This document shows, in pieces, positions 51,791 to 64,000 of a stretch of 64,000 nucleotides of DNA. The notes beneath the pieces are model-generated. The model was not told where the DNA came from, did not search any database, and saw only the letters and a program-made list of their open reading frames with translations. Positions within the stretch are counted from its first letter, which is position 1; every line of letters begins with the position of its first letter. The DNA comes from Octopus sinensis (Eukaryota). The stretch covers positions 87,048,001-87,112,000 of the forward strand of contig NC_042997.1 in NCBI RefSeq assembly GCF_006345805.1, written 5' to 3'. The position numbers were made by a program, and so were the translations under genes.

Positions 51791-53041
51791 CACCACACCC
51801 ACAATTACCTGAACCCTACCCTATCACTTTCAACGTTTCAAATTCTTCACATCGCCTCGTCTGTTTTTTCGTTCTATGTTTTGTTTCCGCTCGATATATA
51901 TTCAACATGCAAATGATCATTTGAACTCTACGCCGGCTTCCAATATTAACATTGTATGAGTGTTTATGCATGTGTGAGTGTGCGTGTGCGCTCATGATTG
52001 TGCTTATGTGTTGCTTATGACTGTGTGTGAGTATGTGGGTTCGCACATGTGTGTGTCTTTGTTTAATTATCTGTGTGTGTGTGTGTGCGCGTGTGCGTAT
52101 GTGTGTGTATGTGAGTCCATGCGTATGCTTGTGTTACCTATCGCTCTGTATGAGTGAGTATTGCGTTAGTGTGTTCGCGTGTGTGTGCGTGTTTGTGCGT
52201 GTTTATGTGTGTGAGTGTGTGTGTGCATGTGCTTTCATGCGTGTACCTATGACCATGTGTTAGTGAGTGTATGTGTGTTCGTGTTTGTGTATTTGCGCGT
52301 TTGTTAGTGTGAGTGTGTGCGCACGCCTGCGTTCATGTGTGCGTGTATGTTTGTGTGCGTGGTGTGTGTTTATGCGTGCATATAAATATTGCATGTGTCT
52401 ACTGTGCGTATGTGAGACATCATCCGGATAAATTTCATACCGACGTTTCATACCAAACCCTGACTATACCAGATCAGTTATATTCAATGGGATGCAATGA
52501 AGAGCGTAGAACGTCCCCCAACTCACCAATATTATTGTTACTACTCCTGTATGTGTGTGTGCGCGCGCGTGTGTGCACGTGTGCGTGCGCGCCTGCGTAT
52601 GTGAGTGCGTGCGAGAGAGACAGGCAAAGAGACAGACAGACAGACAGAGATGCGCATTTGGACCTGAAAATGAGAGCAACAAATGTTCGATACTTGTAAT
52701 AGAGCAAGGAGGCGATCTGGCAGAACCGTTAGCACCCTGGACCTAATACGTAGCGGCATTTTCTGCGTCTTTATATTCTGAGTTCAAATTCTCCTGAGAT
52801 CGACTTTGCCATTTATTCTTAAGGGGTCATTAAAATAAGTACCACTACAGCACTAGTACTGACTGGGCGGCGTGTTGTGTTCTTGAACAAAACACTTAGT
52901 TTCACATTGCTCCAGTTCCCCCTTCGAGATGGAATGTTGGCCCACTCAACTAGCCAGTAGGGTGGCGTCACTTGAAGGCAAAAATAATGCAAAACGTATT
53001 GTGGCCAGCGTTGTATAACAATATCTGATCACGTGATCACG

Positions 53042-53124
<83 letters not shown>

Positions 53125-53128
<4 letters not shown>

Positions 53129-53360
53129 AGAGTAAGCACATAAATGTGAAACAAGGTGCAAAAAAAAGTACTTAAATACTGGAGGTAGAGTAATATGCTT
53201 TATTCCTAAAGCTGCAAAGACATCACAAAAACTGTTACTCAGAGTTTCACGTTCTCATTCTTCGGACAGTTTTGGCTGAGAATCTCAACCAGAATGGTCC
53301 GACGAAGGTAACGTGAAACTCTGAGTAACAGCTTTCGTGATGTCTTTGCAGCTTTATTAA
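53125..53360 (-). mobile_element. Family P element, copy 3, fold-back dimer
   Basis: Tail plus (TA)n at 53047-53125; 47-bp arms 53207-53253 / 53310-53356 with 2 mismatches. Confidence 0.8.
53228..53273 (-). ncRNA. Hammerhead ribozyme motif, family P (U4C variant, otherwise complete)
   Basis: AAAACUGU-CCGAAGA-AUG-AGAA-CGU-GAAA-CUCUGAG-UA-ACAGUUUU; perfect 8-bp stem I. Confidence 0.7.
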
Positions 53361-53431
53361 TAAAGTATACACACACACACAAACACACACACACACGCAC
53401 ACATACACACATACACACACACATACATACA

Positions 53432-53463
<32 letters not shown>

Positions 53464-53664
53464 ATAAATTTAAACAGTGAATATTTCAAAAAAAAAAGAA
53501 AAGAAAAAGAAAAAGAAAGACGAAAAAATGTCAGGCTCAGATTTCCAGCTGATGACTGGAAACGAATAACTCTGAGTACTTGAAATCGGAACCTTTCAGC
53601 TATAATGTATTAAAGAATGCTCTAAGCTTGTATTGAGTCCTGAAATTTATTGCTTCAAGTGAAT

Positions 53665-53729
<65 letters not shown>

Positions 53730-53790
53730 GAGAGAGAGGAGAGAGAGAGAGACAGATAGATAGATAGATAGATGATAGATAGATAGATAG

Positions 53791-53842
<52 letters not shown>

Positions 53843-54210
53843 TGTATACACAGTTATGTATGAGTGTGTGTGTTCCGCAATGCAATGTGTATTGCTTCAT
53901 CGTAAACTGACAACAGTATAATTTTGGTACATACCAATGATTCTGGAACACCACATATTAAAAAGGAAACTGCTGTGAGATTTGATTAAATATAGCAAAG
54001 TGCAGACGTTTAATTATCTGTTTTACCATTCTTTCTAGCCGTTTATTCTTTGACATTTATTACACACCATCATATAGGCATACATATCTGTCTACATATT
54101 TATGTTACAAGTTAAGTTGATCTCAAGCGCCTACTGTGTCATATAGATTTTCATTCTATAGCTACGTATATATACACATAAATGCACATACAAACACAAG
54201 GGTATATATA

Positions 54211-54241
<31 letters not shown>

Positions 54242-54373
54242 GGTAAACAGTAAAAATAATTACAGACATGGACAAGAACATGAAACACCACAGAGACGAC
54301 ACAAGAACCACAGGACGGGACATTCGAAGCCCTCAGTCATCAGTCAAGAACCAGATCATCTTAGCAATTTCGG

Positions 54374-54450
<77 letters not shown>

Positions 54451-55603
54451 ATATTATATATATATATATATATATACATACATATATTATATATACATAC
54501 ATATATACATGTATATACATATATATATTCATATATATATATAATATATATATATATATGTATATGCATATATGTATATAATATATGTATATATATATTA
54601 TATATATATTATAATATATATATGTATAATAGAAATATTAATATACTAAATCTCTCTCTCTAAAGGAGATTACGGCAGCGTTACTGGATATTAATAGTTA
54701 TCGCCAAACTAATATGGCAGTCCATAAATATAAGACTAAAGCTGTCGCTGATTAGCTCCAAGAGGCCATCGCCTCTAGCTAGCTATATGACACACGAACC
54801 TGCGTCCATTACAACCTTCGAACAGGAGAGGTCAGCCGCTTCACCTCTTCAGACGCAGATGACCATATAGATTTCCAACATAAAAGATAAACCATTTTTA
54901 ACAAATTTGCATGAATGATAGAAACCAAAATATTTACACTGTTTCCTTATGTTACATTTATGGCAGTATTTTCTAAATTCGTTCTGCCACAGATATAACA
55001 TCAAGAAACAATGGTATCTATTTCGGTTTCTATCATTAATGTAAATTTGTTAAAAATGGTTTATCCGTTATGTTTGAAATCTATATGGTCATTTGCTTCT
55101 GAAGAGAGCAGTCTCTTTCAAATTGATGTAATGTTTTCATTAATCAATTAAATGGAGCCGCTTGAAACGGCCGTAATGTATTGACACCTGTACATTCTTC
55201 TTACTTATTTACATTCTGTTCATCTAACTTGGAGCTGTGCAGACGATTCAATTTATAGGAAAGATCCAGAACAACAATTACAATGTAACCAGATGTCACA
55301 TAAGCGTCCTAAGAATTAGTGATCACACTTATGTGGAAGTTAATTCCGGGGAGAAGCGAGACGTGTTTTGGAGAGCATAAGAATAATGTAAAATGGAGAC
55401 AAACGCTCAGGATGTTATTTAAGTCATTTATATCACCATATCACCGACATATGTTGCGACAGATGCATTATAATAAATCCTCTCGGATTTATATTAAAGC
55501 ATTTATCGAAACATATATCGGTGATAATATATGAATGATTTAAATAACATCTTGAGTGTTTTTCTCCCATTTTCCATTATATTATATATATAATATATAT
55601 ATA

Positions 55604-55650
<47 letters not shown>

Positions 55651-55796
55651 TATTACGGAGATTTACTTTTATAGCAAGCGTGTAAGATCTTTATAAGCCA
55701 TTTAAAAACACACAAAACCGTTAGATTCACTTCAACATTTAAATTTAATTTAATTTGATATATAAATATTTGATATATAAATTTAATTTAATTTGA

Positions 55797-55827
<31 letters not shown>

Positions 55828-58164
55828 ATAAATGTGGTTAGATAAATCTAATGCTGTTATTGTTCAGGTAAGATCGGCCAAATCTAGGATCAAAATCTTT
55901 GGAGCCATGACGTCTTGTTTGTTTTTTTAAAAAATTCATTTCCGTAATGTAGTTCCTTTAAGACGTTACAGTATTGTTTGAAAATTTTGCTGCTATTTCT
56001 AGTCTCCTTCGTTAGCTCATTCGTTTATACATATGATTTCCCACATGAATATTATCTACGTTTCACAGTTACGTAAGCCAATCATGAATGTATTCAACCA
56101 TGAAATGGGGATGTTGTAGCTAAATTTGCACAATGTTTCTTCTCTATTGCCCTCTGCTTCTCTTACTGTCTATCTTTCTTTCCTTTTTGCACCCACTTAC
56201 CTTTTCAAGCTACTTTCCTATCACTGTCATTGGCTTTCTCTTCCTGACTATCTCCCTATCTCTTTAAATATTTCACACATTCCACTGGTCTCTCCTTCAT
56301 TTTAATCCTCTTTTTTTCTGCATCTTTTGCACTTAATTTTTTTCCAATGCACACACACACACAACGGTACATATTCTCCTCTTAATGTTTCAGTCACATA
56401 CTTTCTGCCACTTTCCCTCTTCTCCCATCAGTCTCTATCTGTCTCTCTTAAAGTCTTTTAGTCATCATTCTCTCTCCTCCCGTAATATATTTCACATATC
56501 TCACTGTCTTACAATCTATCTAAATTTATGTTAGCATCCAAATCTCTCTTTCTCTCCCTCTCAATTTCTTTGTCTGACTCCTTCTCGAATGTCTTCTTAT
56601 TTCTCTGTGTTTCTATCTCTCCTTCTTGCTACCTTCTTGTCTTAAGCACATAATTGCTCATACAACTTATAAGGCACATCGATAAATTCACAAGAAAACT
56701 TTGTTTTCGTACGAGAACACATTGTAGTTTAAAAACGGCATGCAAAGTAAACTAATATTTATTTAAACACGCTAGCCCAAGCAACCAGTGAACTAAGCCA
56801 GTCAGCCAGCCAGCCAGCCAACCAACCGGCCAGCCAGCCAGTCAACCAGCCAGCCAGCTAACCAGACAACCGCCGCTTTGGCCATCTTCCACTCCTTCCA
56901 TGTAAGGAACAGATGTTGAAATTCGACTAAACTAACATCTTTTATTATTTCTGAGTTTCATCCGTTACGCGTTACAACTGTAGCGTTTGTGTAAGTGGTT
57001 GTTTTACTAAGATTTCTCCACAACAAAACAACGATTACTTTACGAGAAGAGGGATACTCACGAGCGGAAGAAGAATTCAGAAGAAGCGAAGGGAAAGAGA
57101 GGGTGTTGTGAGTGAAGATAAACAACAGTGCATGCTTCGTTGAATATTGCCATGTGATGGATATGTTGTTCTTTAGCCGGAGTGAGCTCTGAATGAAAAG
57201 ATCTATGATCAAGGAGATTCTAGCTTTGACCGTCTCATCTCACTTTCAGACATTGTATATCTGTGACTATATTATCCAATGCACCTTTACTTTTCTTTAA
57301 CACGGTAAGATTTGATTTGAGAAAGATTTGGTCTCTATTTTTGACAGGGCGAGCGACCGTGCTCATTTCTCACTGAAGTAAGTGGTAAAACTGGAAATTA
57401 GTTTCTCATTCGTTCAGTCCCCCACCCCCTCTCTCTTTCTCTCCCTCTCTTCTCTCCCCTCTCTCTCTCTCTCTCTCTCTTTTTCTCTCTATCTCTCTAT
57501 CTATCTATCTATCTATTTATCTTCCATTCGAATTGCAGTCGTTGCCTAATAAAGTCTTGGTAACTGCAATTTGATTTCGATCCTAACCGCAATTACCCTA
57601 ATACATTTACGTTTGCTCATGCCATCAGGAAAGGCAAGGTATATAGGTTCAGTAAAATAGGTTTTGAGGTCGCAAGTTTGTTTATCAGGAGGAAGCAAAC
57701 AGATTGACCATCTCAGTGACTCCTCTTAGTAAACAAGAATTAAATTATGGTAATAAACCATGCATGGAAAGAAGATATATATTTTCTCTTCAGCGTGTAA
57801 TATCCAGCTTATCTATACGGCTTGGCTCGCTGGTCAGTTATCGATTGAAAGGGATACCACCATGCTTAAAGTGTTAGCAGAATCAAAACTCAGAACGTAA
57901 AGATCCAGAAGAAATACTTTCCTCTAATATCTTAAAAATTCCATCAATCTAGTACCCGTGATTAATACCTATTTTACTGATCCAGAAAGTAAGAAGATTG
58001 AAGTTGATCACGGCGGAATTTAAACTCAGTGAGTAGAGAACCGAAACGAATACCTCAGGGATTCTTTCTAGTCGATGCTCTAACAACTCTGTTAATTTCC
58101 TGAATAGAATAACCCCTTATGCCTTTTTTTATTTCTTTTGGTTGAATAAGAAAGGGTGACTTTC

Positions 58165-59070
58165 CGGACAGGTAAGGCGATGACCTACATGGGCCTGGAT
58201 TTAAGCCCATACTGTGAAAGCTTGGGCAAGCGTTTTTACTATAGCCTCGAGCCGACCAAAGCCTTGTGAGAGGATTTGGTCGACGGAAACTGAAAGACGC
58301 TCGTCATATGTGTGTGTGTGTGTGTGTGTATGTGTGTGTGTGTGTGTCTGTATCTGTGTCTGTGTCTGTGTGTGTGTGTTTGTCTCTGTGTTTGTTCCCC
58401 TACCACCACCACCGCTTGACAGTGTTTACATTCCCGTAACTTAGCTTTTCTGCAAAAAAAAAAATTTTTTTATATATAAAAGTAAGGTTGTGTGCTGTCT
58501 GTCTCCTACGATTTAGATTCCTAACTACTCCCACATTTTGCGGTGCAGTTTAACCAAAACCAGGTATCTTATAGTCGTGATTCATATCGAACCCTTCTGG
58601 GTATTAGCGCGCGTCTACGATGAGTCTACGATTTAAAAAAAAAAATTACCATCAATTTTTCACGTTTTTAATGCAATTTTGGCATATATAAGGGAAGTAA
58701 CTCTCTAAAAATGTCTACGATGAGTCTACGATTTAAAAAAAAAATTTACCATTAATTTTTCACATTTTTAATGCATTTTTGGCATATAAAAGGAAGTAAC
58801 TCTCTAAGCTACAGTAACACCTCCCCTTTGTGGTTAGCCATATTGAGATGGCTATTATACTTTACAACTCTAAAAATGCTTATATAGTTATTTCTCTTAC
58901 AAACCCGAGCAACACCGGGCGATACTGCTAGTATATATATATAGAATAAGTGCAGGCTTTAAAAAAAGTAAGTACTGAGGTCGATTCATTCGATTAAAAT
59001 TCTTCAATGCGATGCCCCAGCATGGCCGCGACCTTATGACTGAAAAAAGTAAAATATAAAGGATACGAAA
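58165..59070 (+). mobile_element. SINE family A copy split by a Helitron insertion
   Basis: 5' half ends at ccgtaacttagc...aaaa (about 58460); 3' half resumes at tagaataagt...ccagcatggccgc...gactgaaa after 58932. Confidence 0.75.
58470..58931 (+). mobile_element. Non-autonomous Helitron
   Basis: Starts tatatataaaag...ctgtctgtc; ends with hairpin cccgagcaacaccggg, 8 nt, CTAG, then T; internal tandem duplication of about 100 bp (58614-58806). Confidence 0.75.
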
Positions 59071-59304
59071 ATATATGGGCTTAGAGTGAATTTCAGGGGA
59101 CTTTGCCTCTTCAAGCAGAAATAATTAGACGATCTTTTGAGAGCGGCTCTTTGTGTTTGATATGCAGAAAATGGCGCGGACTGATTGCAAATTGGCAAAA
59201 TCGTTAGAACAGCGGACAAAATGTCTTGTGGTCTTTGTTCTGGTTCGTTATGTTCTGAGTCCAATTCACACACACACATACATATACATTCATATATATA
59301 TATG

Positions 59305-59390
<86 letters not shown>

Positions 59391-59949
59391 TGTGTGTGAA
59401 ATATGTATGTATATGTATAATATTTATATATATATATATATAAATATATGTACACGCATACACATAAACACGTTATATACTTGTATATATACACTTCGGA
59501 TTCGATACACAAATACACATGCAAGCACTTACATATACTTATATATACATGCATAATATACAATGTCCATGCTGTTAATTTCGTATATACAAACACACTA
59601 ACACTCACACACACACACAAACACACGCGCACGCATTCCTGATTATACATTAATGTCACTTCATGTGAAATGTGAAAATGGTCGTATCCGACGCTTTGTT
59701 TATAAACTTTTCCGTGAATTATTATTTTGTAAATAATTATATAATCTTAAAGTTAATATCTCACACTTGCTACTTTGTTTATTTAAAAAGAAACGAAATA
59801 AATTATTCGCGAAACTGTCTTCTTCCGGTTCTACTATTTCGGCTTCAGTCAAGCTATCTCATTTAATTTTTTTCTGTCTACAACTACAGATTCATATACT
59901 TAACAAGATCGTGTAGTTTATTTTAGGCATCTACTTAAGCAATAGCAAG

Positions 59950-60010
<61 letters not shown>

Positions 60011-60057
60011 GAGAAGAAGAAGAAGAAGAAGAAGAAGAAGAAGAAGAAGAAGAAGAA
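59950..60057. repeat. (TAA)n(GAA)n compound trinucleotide repeat
   Basis: Direct sequence. Confidence 0.95.
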
Positions 60058-60595
60058 ATTATAAAAATAAGTTTAAAGCGTCTGAGTGAAATGTTGAAAG
60101 ACGAAAATTATGAGTTAGCCCGGCGGGTATGCATGCATACAAATACATACATACATACATACATACATACATACATACATACATACATACATACATACAT
60201 ACATACATACATACATACATACATACATACATACATACATACATACATACGTACGTACATACATACATACATATATATGTGCATATATATATAAGCGTAT
60301 ATGTATATATATATATATGTGTGTATATATACATATGTATATATATATATACATATATATGTATATATTTGTGTATATATATATATGTGTGTGTGTGTGG
60401 TGTGTGTAAAGGGTTGAAAAGTAACACACGAGTTGATATGTATAAGGAAAATAGGACGAGGTAGAAAATGCTAAAATAATTTTATGATAAAGAACATTTT
60501 AGTACTGTTTTCAGTATTTGCGACTATTTCAACTTAGAGTAAAGCATGAAAAACAATTAAATTGTGGAAAAATGAAATGAAATGTTTTTCAAAAA

Positions 60596-60654
60596 TATTT
60601 CCATAGTTTCCAAATAGGCGGGACATTTTCCTTTTTTTCTGCCTTTCTGCCTCT

Positions 60655-60707
<53 letters not shown>

Positions 60708-60780
60708 GACAGAGAGAGACAGACAGACAGACAAACAGAAAAAAGGAAAATGTCCCACCTATTTGGAAACTATGGAAATA
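60596..60780. mobile_element. MITE-like hairpin: 45-bp inverted repeats around (GA)n/(GACA)n
   Basis: 60596-60641 vs reverse complement of 60736-60780: 1 mismatch and 1 indel; TA at both outer ends. Confidence 0.7.
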
Positions 60781-60784
60781 TACC

Positions 60785-62059
60785 CAGAATTGTTTAGCTA
60801 CTGCTTTACAACTTCTGTCTCGCGGCATGGCGCTTTATTGTGCCGGAAGTACGTACACTGCTTGATCTCCATAAATGGTGGCACTTTTGTTTGCAGAATT
60901 TCAAGTTAATTAGTTCCTTTGATAGTTGCACCTTCAAGCATAAACCACAGTCCCCATCTTCCACCAGCACAAATAGCTCCCCACATCCTAACTTTTGGAG
61001 CATTTTTAACACTTGGGATAATGTAGCGAGGATTATCCCTTCGTTTAGGAGGTCGTCTCACATGTCTGAAAAATGCTTAAAAATTTGTGACACTTGCGTT
61101 GTATCCGAAAACATAACTTGTTTCCGTTGTTCGACAGATCAAATTTTATACATTTGGCAAAATGCCAAACGATCAGCAATATTTTTCGAGGTGTTAACCT
61201 TGGTTTCCTTGAAGGTCTGTAGGACTTAAGGCCAGCATCAAATAATCTTGTACGGATTGTTCTTTGGCTAGGAACTTTGTATTCAAGACCAGCTTGAATA
61301 GCTTCGGAAGACATTCTGGGTGACTTTTTGGCGATTAGAATGATAGCATCATCTATTCGCTTGCTGGTGGATTTTGGGCGACCCGTAGACTTTTCAAATC
61401 CATATTTTTCAGTAGATTTCGAGTTGTTTATTGGCCTTGAAGCAGTTCTCCGTGCCAGTTTCTTTCTTTCACCAATTTGTTGAGTGCTGTATCCTTCTCC
61501 GTACAGATTGTTTGTTTGAGTATGACTTCCCAATAAAACTCTTCGACTAGGCATTCGTTACAACGACAGGAAAATGATTAACAAGAACGAGTTGTCATAA
61601 GATATTTTAGTGACAGTTTATCGGAGATTTGATCAGTCAATCAGTGCACATCAACCAATCAGAACTCTGCAGAAAACATATTAAACTGAGTGATAAGAAA
61701 ACAGATTTGAACGATCGATTAGTGATTTAAAATTTCATAATTGGTATGAATTCTTTTTTATAAGTCAGTGTGTCATCTCTTCTTGCCATATACATATCGT
61801 TGCTATTATGTTAAACTGTCGTATGTCCAAATTTGGCGAACTGCGTTTTTTTTGGGGGTTTTTTTTTTCAATATTTATTTTTCTTTGCAATAGCTGGTTC
61901 TTTTAGTCAAACTGTCGTATCTCCAGCTACTTCAGGTGCCAAGATATGAAAATTCTCAAAGTGAAGTACAACGGTTTTACTATGGAGCGGTGAAACTATT
62001 TTTTCGTGTTCTGAAAAGGCAACATTTTGGACTTACGATACTTTTGCATAACCCAACGA
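60785..62059 (-). mobile_element. Tc1-family element, 3'-truncated; transposase pseudogene starts at 61554
   Basis: GEGYSTQQIG...STGRPKSTSKRIDDAII...PSQRTIRTRLFDAGLKSYRPSRKPRLT; VMFSD; VRRPP; MWGAICAGG; HNKAPC; putative 5' terminus TA-tcgttgggttatgcaaaagtatc. Confidence 0.8.
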
Positions 62060-62085
62060 TATATATGTGTATATATATTATATAT

Positions 62086-62163
<78 letters not shown>

Positions 62164-62227
62164 CATACATACATACATATATATATACATAAATACATAC
62201 ATGTATATATACATAAATACATACACG

Positions 62228-62268
<41 letters not shown>

Positions 62269-62451
62269 AACACAAACACACACATATATATATACTATAT
62301 TATATCATATATTATGTATTAGATAATGTACAAAACGAGTGTCACAAGTCTTAAGAAAGTAGTTATTACTTTAATACTTAAAAGCAAAGGAAAAACTCTT
62401 TGGCGTTTTATATTTGTGTGTGTATGTATGTGTATGTACGCATGTGTGCGG

Positions 62452-62498
<47 letters not shown>

Positions 62499-62619
62499 TG
62501 TGTGTGTGTCTGTGTGTCTGTGTCTGTTTGCGTGTGTGTGCTTAGTCACTCACAAGCGTGTAATTGATTGAACTATATGTTAGCTAATTGTCTTGCTGCC
62601 TATGTAGTCGAGCACAAAC

Positions 62620-62990
62620 ACTAACAAACTTTGGTCCTCTCGACTCCTTGAACCAGCAAAACTTCGAGGGTGCGACAGATTGATGCGAGAGTGAGCTGGA
62701 TCACCATCCGACTTGTACTGATTTTCAGCTGCCTAGTCTGTTGCAACGTGCAACGATGTGTGGTGTTCAAGGACACAACGCACGAACCAATCTGCAAATA
62801 GAAACCACACCTTCCCACTATTGTTCATCTCAGGCAGAGCAATGGCGCAAAGTTAACAGAACAACAGGATGTAGTGTACAGGTTCATTGCTCCAGTCTTG
62901 CCGGATCTTTGTCTGTTGGAGACCCATACCGTGCACAGAAACATGGAATGGTTTATCACTGGAGGTATCATGTGACAACATGTACACATC
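62620..62990 (-). pseudogene. Possible RTE-clade LINE RT fragment, very degenerate
   Basis: DDVYMLSH...GLQQTKIRQDWSNEPV...YLQIGSCVVS resembles RTE motifs (DD..LLSH, QDWQEPV, YLGSCIS). Confidence 0.35.
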
Positions 62991-62995
62991 ATCTA

Positions 62996-63219
62996 TTTTA
63001 ATCTTTTATCTTTTACTAGTTTCCGTCATTAGACTGCGGTCATGCTGGGCGCAGTCCTGAAGCGTTTTGAGTCGAATGAATCGACCCCAGTCCTTTTCTT
63101 TAAGCCTGGTACTTATTCTATCAGAGCCTTTTGCCGAACCGGTAAGTTATGGGAACATAAACACACCAACACCGGTTATCAGGCGGTGATGGGGACGAAC
63201 ACAGACACAAAGACATACA

Positions 63220-63294
<75 letters not shown>

Positions 63295-63508
63295 ATTATA
63301 TATATACGACACAAAGACATAATGTATATGTATATATATATATGTATATACGACGTGTTTCGTTCAGTTTTCGTCTACCAAATCCAGTCAAAAGGCCTTG
63401 GCCTGCCCGAGGTTATAGCAAAAGACACTTGTCTAAGGTACCACGGAGTGGGACTGAACCCAGACCATGTGGATGGGAAGCAAACTCCTTACCATACAGC
63501 TACGCTCC
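62996..63508 (-). mobile_element. Full-length SINE family A copy
   Basis: Head gtagctgtatggtaaggagtttgcttccc...gggttcagtccc; expanded internal (TA)n; (AAAAGAT)n tail. Confidence 0.88.
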
Positions 63509-63721
63509 ACCTTTCCGATATCTTTTTTAGAGATCTAGAAAAAGGAAAGCAAAACAAAATACACGGATCAACAAAGTTCATAGGATAAAATACTCTTAGA
63601 GGAATTAAAATGCAAAGAAGGATAAAATGTATTTGATTAAAATTTTTCTACAATAATTTTCAAAACATTTTAGGAGACACATAAGGAAATAAATGCACAT
63701 TCTATAACGAAATCACCTATA

Positions 63722-63789
<68 letters not shown>

Positions 63790-63797
63790 TAGTAGTA
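63722..63797. repeat. (TAG)n microsatellite
   Basis: Direct sequence. Confidence 0.95.
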
Positions 63798-64000
63798 GCC
63801 TTTCACTTTCTATTATTCAACTAAAACCAGATGAAATAATTGATAAATTAATCTTTTAATATTTTAGGATTTTTCGTTTTGAAATTTTTTTTTTCTTTTG
63901 GTTAATTTTATAATCGTAGGTCTCTGTCTTACTTGACAGTTAAAACGTAGATATGTGTGTGTGTAGGGGGTTATTCGAGGGATTTTTTTCTTCTTTCTAT

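Noticed and set aside
53536-53576. CTGATGA-CTG-GAAA inside a tttccag/ctggaaa hairpin
   Set aside because: Only 3 nt separate the boxes, so stem II cannot form; the GAAA is sequestered in a different stem.

Overview
AT-rich eukaryotic DNA saturated with microsatellites. The SINE families and repeat landscape point to a coleoid cephalopod, probably Octopus (inference). I found no host protein-coding exon I can support, so the window looks intergenic or deep-intronic. Nearly all ORF-track entries are translated microsatellites or low-complexity DNA. The real content is transposon-derived: a full-length but disrupted mariner, Tc1, Tigger/pogo, Merlin, hAT and Helitron relics; several R4/Dong-type LINE pieces, one doubly inverted; Penelope-like (PLE, GIY-YIG) fragments; and many copies of three tRNA-derived SINE families. 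The most notable signal is a set of hammerhead-ribozyme (HHR) motifs tied to PLE-type tails that end in (TA)n. One is essentially intact (6808-6885, minus). A three-locus family carries a CCGANGA core variant and covarying stem I, and two of those loci are fold-back inverted dimers. Several decayed HHR remnants also occur. All protein and family assignments are from motif recognition by eye, not database searches.
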